A stretch of DNA of 63,876 nt, counting the filler, from Caldilineae bacterium (lineage in GTDB: Bacteria > Chloroflexota > Anaerolineae > DTLA01), in NCBI GenBank assembly GCA_037446815.1. It is 9 parts of 9 records of this genome, joined end to end, with 100 filler letters (N's around TTAATTAATTAA, not from the genome) between each part and the next. Parts side by side here need not be neighbours in the genome. Positions count along the whole stretch, not along the records: positions 57,139 to 63,876 come from JBBIHX010000159.1; 8 more parts are not named here. One strand, written 5' to 3'. A program made the position numbers and the translations under genes. Positions within the stretch are counted from its first letter, which is position 1, and every line of letters starts with the position of its first letter. The notes under the pieces are model-generated. The model was given only the letters and a program-made list of their open reading frames with translations, searched no databases and had not been told where the DNA came from. This document shows positions 57,139-63,876 of the stretch, one piece after another.

Positions 57139-57931
57139 GCTCAAACAGCAGGGTCTGGTTCGTGGTGATGCCGTCCACTTCCATCGCCACCAGTTGGCGC
57201 ATCCGCTCCAGGTCGTCCACTGTCCAGGCGAAGACGCGCACGCCCGCCGCGTGGAACGTGCGCACCGCGCTTGGGGTGATGACCTTGTGGTAGAGCATGA
57301 CATCATCGGCCTGCGACTGGGCCAGCAACTTGCCGACGATGACGGGCAGGAACCGCCGCATGTACCAGAGGGCAATCTTGACGGGAATCTGCATGTACGG
57401 TTTGTTGGATGCGCCGCCCTTGTCCTCGGGATAGGACATGCCCAGGCGCGCCTCCGGCATGGCCTCGCGAAAGCGGCGGAGCGACGGGGCCACCAGCGAA
57501 CTCACCAGAATCTGGTCGGCCATGTTGTGGCGGCGGATGGCGTCGGCAATCTGGCGCTCGTGGTCCTCGTCTTTCATGTCCAGGTTGATGAGCACGTGCC
57601 CGCGCAGCAGGTCCAGCGCCTCGTCCAGGGTGGCGATGGGCTCGCCCTGGACGCGCAGGTTGCGGATTTGCGCGACGGTGAGGGCGCTCAGTGTCGCGGG
57701 GCCGGCGTCGGTCTCCACTGTGTCGTCGTGGCTGAGCACCAGGCCATCGGCGCAGCCCCGCACATCAAACTCCACCATGTCCACCCTGTGCTCCAGGGCG
57801 AGGGCAAGGGCGCGGAGGGAATTGGGCGGGGCGTAGGCTCCGGCGCCGCTGTGGCCGACGCGAAGGATGCGCCGCCCCGAGGGGCTTCGCAGGGGCGCGT
57901 GGCGTGTCGGGAAGTCATAGCGGAAGGGCAT
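57139..57931 (-). CDS. Glycerophosphodiester phosphodiesterase (3' end at the contig edge)
   Basis: GH.GA...P.NS, VEFDV, HD, NLDMK, SS, WTVDD, VDGITTN. Confidence 0.88.
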
Positions 57932-58012
57932 GGTCGGTTGTCTCCTTGTGTGGCTAGCGTTGATGCGTGCGCGCAGGCGACTCCTGCCTCGCTCGGGGCG
58001 ATGGCGACATGC

Positions 58013-58357
58013 CTAGTCCTCCGTGTCCAGGAGTGCCTGCATGCGCGAGGCGAGATCGGGCAGGTCGGCCACGGCGATTTGCCAGATGATCTCCAGGTTC
58101 ACGCCGAAATAGTCGTGAATCAGCCTGTCGCGGATGCCTGCCATGTTTCGCCATGGAATGTCGGAGTGGGTCGCGCGAAACTCGGCGCTGACTTTCTTCG
58201 CGGCTTCGCCGATGATCTCCAGGTTACCGATGACCGCGTCCTGAGTCTTTGTGTCGGTTCGGAAGGTTTCATAGGTGAAGCCGCTCACGTAGCCTGCTAT
58301 CCGACGCGCAGCCTCTAGCATATCGCTGAGATAGGCCCTATCGGCTCTCTCAGACAT
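58013..58357 (-). CDS. hepT: HEPN/DUF86 RNase toxin (HepT-like)
   Basis: DAV..NLEIIGEA, IPW..MAG.RDRLIHDYFGV (Rx4HxY). Overlaps the upstream gene. Confidence 0.9.
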   Translation of the reverse strand: MSERADRAYLSDMLEAARRIAGYVSGFTYETFRTDTKTQDAVIGNLEIIGEAAKKVSAEFRATHSDIPWRNMAGIRDRLIHDYFGVNLEIIWQIAVADLPDLASRMQALLDTED

Positions 58358-58655
58358 ACACGATGCTCTCCACGATGCGCTGGGCGACGCCGGGAACCCG
58401 AATGCCGTGGATGCCGTCCGGCGTGAGGATGTCAACCTCGCTGCCCAGCAAATCCTCCAGGTACTCCGCAAACTCTACGAACTGAAGGCCTATGGGGCGA
58501 GCGAACTCCACGACAAGGTCCACGTCGCTGTGTTCGTCGGGCAGACCCGTCGCCACTGACCCAAACAGGCCAATTCTCCGGACGCCATACTTGGCGGCCA
58601 GGTAGGGCTGATGCTGCCTTAGCAAAGCCTCAATCTGCGTTCTAGAGATCGCCAT
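58350..58655 (-). CDS. mntA: Minimal nucleotidyltransferase antitoxin (MntA-like)
   Basis: LFGSVATG....SDVDLVVEF (GSx10DxD), LEDLLG.EVD. RBS GGAGG. Confidence 0.9.
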   Translation of the reverse strand: MAISRTQIEALLRQHQPYLAAKYGVRRIGLFGSVATGLPDEHSDVDLVVEFARPIGLQFVEFAEYLEDLLGSEVDILTPDGIHGIRVPGVAQRIVESIVYV

Positions 58656-58789
58656 TCGGGCCTTCCTCCGTAACAGTCGTTGCGTCTGCGCCGCCGGGCT
58701 CCTGCGCACGCTCATCGGGATGCGTTGCACTCCGGCGCGCACTCATTTTAGCCGCGGGTGGCGGACGCGTCAATTGCGAGTTGTTGGCG

Positions 58790-59320
58790 ACTCGGTTCCA
58801 AATTCTGTTGGTGTTTTGTCATTGCGAGGGCGCGGAGCGCCCGAAGCAATCTCCCGGGCGCGGGATTGCTTCGCTTCGCTCGCAATGACACACGAGGAGA
58901 GTGCGTCTACGGTTCACCAACACAGTTTGAAACCGACTCTTGTTGGCTGGGCGGTTCCAGCGTCCCGAGGGAGCGTGGCCGCGCGGGGCTAAAGCCGCCG
59001 CGCTGAGGGTGTGGAGCAAATTGGCAATTTGCTCCACGGGGGCGTGGGGTGCGCGCACCGGCCGCGCGGGGCTAAAGCCGCCGCGCTGAGGGTGTGGAGC
59101 GAGGGAGCGTGGCCTTGTCATTCTGATCCGCGAAGCGGCGAAGAATCTCGCCCTGCCCCATCCGCGCCATCCGTGTTATCCGTGGATACAACGCTGGAGA
59201 TGCTTCGCCTTCGGCTCAGCATGACAGGCGGGGGGCAACGTGCGACGCACCTCCGAAGGCGCGTCGCACGTGAACCCCATTGCTTGCCCATTCGCGTGGA
59301 TTTGTGCCATTCGCGGTTAC
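58790..59320. repeat. Large intergenic repeat mosaic
   Basis: GTCATTGCGAG...CTCGCAATGAC, two GCGCGGGGCTAAAGCCGCCGCGC, the GTGGAGCAAATTG/CAATTTGCTCCAC palindrome, a TIR element with a 9-mer interior, and the GTGCGACGC palindrome. Confidence 0.88.
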
Positions 59321-59335
59321 ACAGGCCGGGCCGTG

Positions 59336-60118
<783 letters not shown>

Positions 60119-60140
60119 GGTGTGCCTCCTCAAGAGCGTG

Positions 60141-60238
60141 TAGCCTTTGGCCACCAGCCTCTAGCCTTCAGCCCTAGGCCGAAAGCCAACGGCTGACGGC
60201 TGATGGCTAATGGCTATCCGCTAACGGCTATCGGCTAC
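60141..60238. repeat. Array of about 14 degenerate heptamers in inverted halves
   Basis: nAGCCnn-type units followed by nGGCTnn-type units between hbd and crt. Confidence 0.7.
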
Positions 60239-61089
60239 TTGCTGTAGTCGTAGAACCCCTTGCCCGACTTGCGGCCCAGGTGGCCGGCCAGCACCATGCG
60301 CTTCAGGAGCGGCGGCGCGGCGTAGCGGGGGTCCTTGAACTCCTCAAACATGACGTTGGCGATGTAATAGGCCGTGTCCAGGCCGACGAAGTCCAGCAGG
60401 GTCAGCGGCCCCATGGGGTGGTTGCACCCCAGTTTCATCCCCGCGTCAATGTCCTCTTTGGTCGCCACGCCGTTCTCCAGCGCGCGCACGGCGTCCAGCA
60501 GGTAGGGGACGAGGAGCAGGTTCACGATGAATCCGGGCGTATCCTTGGCCACGATGCAGGTCTTGCCCAGCGACGCGCCGAACGCCTTGGCGGTCTCCAG
60601 CGTCTCGTCGCTGGTGAGGATTGTCCGCACCAGTTCCAGGAGCGGCATGACTGGCACTGGGTTGAAGAAGTGCATCCCCAGCACCTGGCTGCCGCGCTTG
60701 GTAACCGACGCCATCTCGGTGATGCACAGCGAGGATGTGTTGCTGGCCAGGATGGCGTGGGGTGGGCAGATGCCATCCAGCGCGGCGAAGACCTTCTTCT
60801 TCTCGGCCATGTTCTCCACGATGGCCTCAATGACCAGGTCGCACTCGGCCATGGCCGCCAGGTCCGTTGTGCCCGACAGCCGCGCCAGCGCCGCGTCCAC
60901 CTCTTCCTGGGTCGCCTTGCCCTTCTCCACGGCGCGGGCCATGGATGCTTGGATGGCCTTCATCCCCTTGGCCAGCAGGTCGTCGTTGACCTCTCGGACA
61001 ATGGTGCGATACCCCTTGCGAGCGCAGGTCTCGGCGATGCCGGAACCCATCAGGCCGCACCCGACTACACCGACCGTCTTGATGTCCAT
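60235..61089 (-). CDS. hbd: 3-hydroxybutyryl-CoA dehydrogenase
   Basis: GCGLMGSGIA, EAIVE, SNTSS, GMHFFNP, PGFIVN, HPMGPL.L.D.VGLD, GRKSGKGFY. TGgTATAAT at 61127-61135 on the - strand. Confidence 0.94.
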   Translation of the reverse strand: MDIKTVGVVGCGLMGSGIAETCARKGYRTIVREVNDDLLAKGMKAIQASMARAVEKGKATQEEVDAALARLSGTTDLAAMAECDLVIEAIVENMAEKKKVFAALDGICPPHAILASNTSSLCITEMASVTKRGSQVLGMHFFNPVPVMPLLELVRTILTSDETLETAKAFGASLGKTCIVAKDTPGFIVNLLLVPYLLDAVRALENGVATKEDIDAGMKLGCNHPMGPLTLLDFVGLDTAYYIANVMFEEFKDPRYAAPPLLKRMVLAGHLGRKSGKGFYDYSK

Positions 61090-61260
61090 GTTTTCGCCTC
61101 CTTCGCCGAAAATGTGGATTTGGCCCATTATACCACAGAATGAGCGGATTCACTCTACTTTCACAAGGTCATCACCTGAGATTCACGCCCCGCCAGAGGG
61201 TTCCGTGCTATGATGGCGACGGCGCTTGTCTAGGCACATTCCGTTACGAGGGGGCACCCA

Positions 61261-62685
61261 ATGGAAGCCATCCGTGAGGTGAGCGTAGAGTCGGTCGCAC
61301 CGAGCGTTAGCGGCGCACGCCCATCGGCGCGGCACGCTTTGTCCGTGGGCGGCGAGGATTTTGCCCGCCTGTGCCGCTGGATTCTCCCGCGCGTGGAGTC
61401 GGCGCTGAACGGCGTGGTGCTCACCCGCTCGTCGGAGCATCTGCAACTGCTGGCCGACAAGACGGTGGCCCTCTGTCGGCAGGCCGGGCTCAACCTGGAT
61501 TCGGACACCTGGGCCGCGCTGCTTCAGTACCTGCAGGATGAACTGGCGGGCTACGGCCCCATTGAGCCGCTGCTGGAGGACGACGCCATTACCGAGGTGA
61601 TGGTGAACGGCCCGAACGATGTGTACATTGAGCGGGGCGGCAAGATCACCCGCGCTGATGTGCGGTTTCAGGACGACGAGCACGTGATTCGCGTCATCCG
61701 GCGGATTGTGGCGCCGCTGGGCCGCCGCATAGACCGCCAGCACCCGATGGTGGACGCGCGCCTGCCCGACGGCTCCCGCGTCAACGCCATCATCCCGCCC
61801 TGCGCCATTGACGGGCCTTCCATCACTATCCGCAAGTTTGGCAAGAAGAAGTTCACCGCCGAGGATTTGATTCGCTTCCAGTCGGTAACGCCGGAGATGA
61901 TAGAGTTCCTGAAAGCGTGTGTGGACGCTCGGTTGAACATCGTGGTCTCGGGGGGCACCGGTTCGGGCAAGACAACGCTGCTCAACGTGCTGTCCTCGTT
62001 CATCCCGAACGATGAGCGCATCGTTACGATTGAGGATTCGGCCGAGTTGCGGCTGCATCAGACCCATGTTGTGCGGCTGGAGTCGGTGCCCGGCGAGGAG
62101 GATGGCACCGGCCGCGTAGCGATTCGGGACCTGGTGCGCAACGCGCTGCGCATGAGGCCGGACCGTATCGTGGTGGGCGAGTGTCGCGGCGGCGAGGCGC
62201 TGGACATGCTCCAGGCCATGAACACCGGCCACGACGGCTCGCTGACGACGGTTCACGCCAACAGCCCCCGCGACGCCATTGCCCGCCTGGAGACGCTGGT
62301 GCTCATGGCGGGGATGGACCTGCCCGTGCGCGCCATCCGCCAGCAGATCGCCTCGGCGGTGGACCTTATCGTGCAGCAGGCGCGCCTGCGCGACGGCTCG
62401 CGCAAGGTCGTGCAGATTACCGAGGTGCAGGGGATGGAAGGCGACACGGTCATCATGCAGGATGTGTTCGTCTTCCACGAGTTGGGCATCGGCGAGGACG
62501 GCAAGGTCATCGGCGTGATGCGGGGCACGGGCATCCGGCCGAAGTTCACGCCCAAGTTGGAGGCAGCAGGGCACAAACTGGGGCCCGAAGTCTTCCAGGC
62601 CGAATACCGATACGGCGTGCAGCCCGAACCGGTTGCGACGCGCGGCGGCGGGAACGGGAACGGCAACGGAAACGGCCGGCACTAG
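61261..62685 (+). CDS. cpaF: CpaF/TadA-family pilus/secretion ATPase
   Basis: [74 protein letters not shown]. Confidence 0.92.
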   Translation: MEAIREVSVESVAPSVSGARPSARHALSVGGEDFARLCRWILPRVESALNGVVLTRSSEHLQLLADKTVALCRQAGLNLDSDTWAALLQYLQDELAGYGPIEPLLEDDAITEVMVNGPNDVYIERGGKITRADVRFQDDEHVIRVIRRIVAPLGRRIDRQHPMVDARLPDGSRVNAIIPPCAIDGPSITIRKFGKKKFTAEDLIRFQSVTPEMIEFLKACVDARLNIVVSGGTGSGKTTLLNVLSSFIPNDERIVTIEDSAELRLHQTHVVRLESVPGEEDGTGRVAIRDLVRNALRMRPDRIVVGECRGGEALDMLQAMNTGHDGSLTTVHANSPRDAIARLETLVLMAGMDLPVRAIRQQIASAVDLIVQQARLRDGSRKVVQITEVQGMEGDTVIMQDVFVFHELGIGEDGKVIGVMRGTGIRPKFTPKLEAAGHKLGPEVFQAEYRYGVQPEPVATRGGGNGNGNGNGRH

Positions 62686-62813
62686 AATCCAGGCCGCCTG
62701 GCAAGGGGTAGAGTGCGACGCACCATCTCGGAGTGCGTCGCACTTTGTGTATGCCATCCCCACGGGCGCGGATTCGCGCGATTCGCGGTCAGCGACCGGT
62801 CGTCCGGGCGGGG

Positions 62814-63560
62814 TTACTTCCCCTTCTTTGCCTTTTCCCAGTCCGCCAGGAAGCGCTGAACGCCGACGTCGGTCAGGGGGTGCTTGATGGCTTGGCTCAG
62901 GACGGCGAAGGGCACCGTGGCGATGTCGGCGCCGGCCAGCGCGGCCTGGGTGATGTGGAGCGGGTGGCGGATGCTGGCGGCGATGATCTCAGTGTCTATC
63001 CCGTAGGTGTCAAAGATTTCGGCGATGGTCTTCACGATTTCCATGCCGTCGTGGCCCGCGTCGTCCAGCCGGCCGACGAAGGGGGAGACGAACGTCGCGC
63101 CCGCCTTGGCGGCCAGGAGCGCCTGATTGGCCGAGAAGACCAGCGTGGCGTTGGTGCGGATGCCCCAGTCGGCCGCCAAGTCCCGCGCGGTCTCAATGTC
63201 GGTGTCGCACTTGCCGAAGTAAGGGCAGCCCTTGCAGAGCGTGTCTGGTTCCACGTCCAATTGGTAGATGCGGTGGATGGCCTTGAGGCCCTCCTCGGTA
63301 ACGGGGACCTTGACGACGACATGGGGCGACCACTGGCCGATGATCTTGGCCTCCTCCACCATGCCGTCGGCGTCGGTGCTGACGACCTCGGCGCTGACCG
63401 GCCCCTGCACAATGTAGCAGATTTCCTGGGCGACCTCCTTGTAGTCTGCGCGCCCGGCCTTCATCATCAGGCTGGGGTTAGTGGTTACGCCCGAGATGAT
63501 ACCCCATTCGGCGGCCTTCTTGATCTCGTCAATGTTGGCTGTATCCAGGAAGATGTCCAT
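62814..63560 (-). CDS. tal: Transaldolase (TalC/FSA family) with an internal Cys-rich insertion
   Basis: [18 protein letters not shown] (Glu), VVKVP (Schiff-base Lys), NATLVFS, SPFVGR (Phe), AASIR. Promoter TTGATT-17-TATAAT at 63620-63592. Confidence 0.92.
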   Translation of the reverse strand: MDIFLDTANIDEIKKAAEWGIISGVTTNPSLMMKAGRADYKEVAQEICYIVQGPVSAEVVSTDADGMVEEAKIIGQWSPHVVVKVPVTEEGLKAIHRIYQLDVEPDTLCKGCPYFGKCDTDIETARDLAADWGIRTNATLVFSANQALLAAKAGATFVSPFVGRLDDAGHDGMEIVKTIAEIFDTYGIDTEIIAASIRHPLHITQAALAGADIATVPFAVLSQAIKHPLTDVGVQRFLADWEKAKKGK

Positions 63561-63639
63561 CTGTGCTGACCTCCTTGTCCGGTGTGGGGACATTATAGGC
63601 AGTTGCGGCGCGAAAATCAAACGGCGCGGCGGAGGGATT

Positions 63640-63876
63640 CGGTTCCAAAGTCTGTTGGTGGCTGTCATTGCGAGGGCGCGGAGCGCCCGAAGCAATCTCC
63701 GGGGCGTGGGATTGCTTCGCTTCGCTCGCAATGACACACGAGGAGAGTGCGCCTACGGTTCACAAACACAAGATGGAACCATGTCGGCGGGACGGGCGCG
63801 CTTCTCATGGGTTGCCGAGCGGCGCACCGCCTCCCCACTCTGTCATGCTGAGCCGAAGGCGAAGCATCTCGGTCAG
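63640..63876. repeat. Intergenic repeat mosaic at window end
   Basis: Near-identical to 58793-58935, followed by the start of a TIR element. Confidence 0.85.

Noticed and set aside
58013..58655. MntA/HepT pair as a novel system
   Set aside because: It is a widespread, characterised toxin-antitoxin type with canonical motifs.

Overview
This is a GC-rich bacterial sequence, most consistent with a Chloroflexota (Anaerolineae-like) genome bin; that is inferred from gene content. It is not one locus. It is nine ~7-kb contigs joined by eight artificial 100-nt linkers (44 N + TTAATTAATTAA + 44 N), and most contig ends fall in palindromic intergenic repeats. Housekeeping content: msmX-like ABC ATPase, apgM, an aminotransferase, gatCA, an rsmF-like methyltransferase, tRNA-Leu, tRNA-Gly, tig-clpP-clpX, hbd-crt, transaldolase, nurA-HAS barrel-herA, sensor kinases, three GT-C glycosyltransferases and an MntA/HepT toxin-antitoxin pair. 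The most interesting items are: (1) a two-component system followed by darA-glmL, two opine dehydrogenases and a cobalamin-binding, mutase-like gene (cut by the contig end); (2) an operon of a LysW-like protein, KamA, two Ddl-like ATP-grasp ligases and a GNAT, behind an atypical OmpR regulator with 11-bp direct repeats; (3) an internally duplicated malic enzyme whose halves have lost complementary catalytic residues; (4) an intact M.TaqI-like methyltransferase beside an internally deleted TaqI-like endonuclease, in a genome that visibly avoids TCGA, AGCT and GTSAC; (5) a transaldolase with a Cys-rich insertion; and (6) a modular REP/MITE-like repeat family, one copy of which reads in frame into rsmF. 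All family calls come from motif recognition by eye; no database searches were run.
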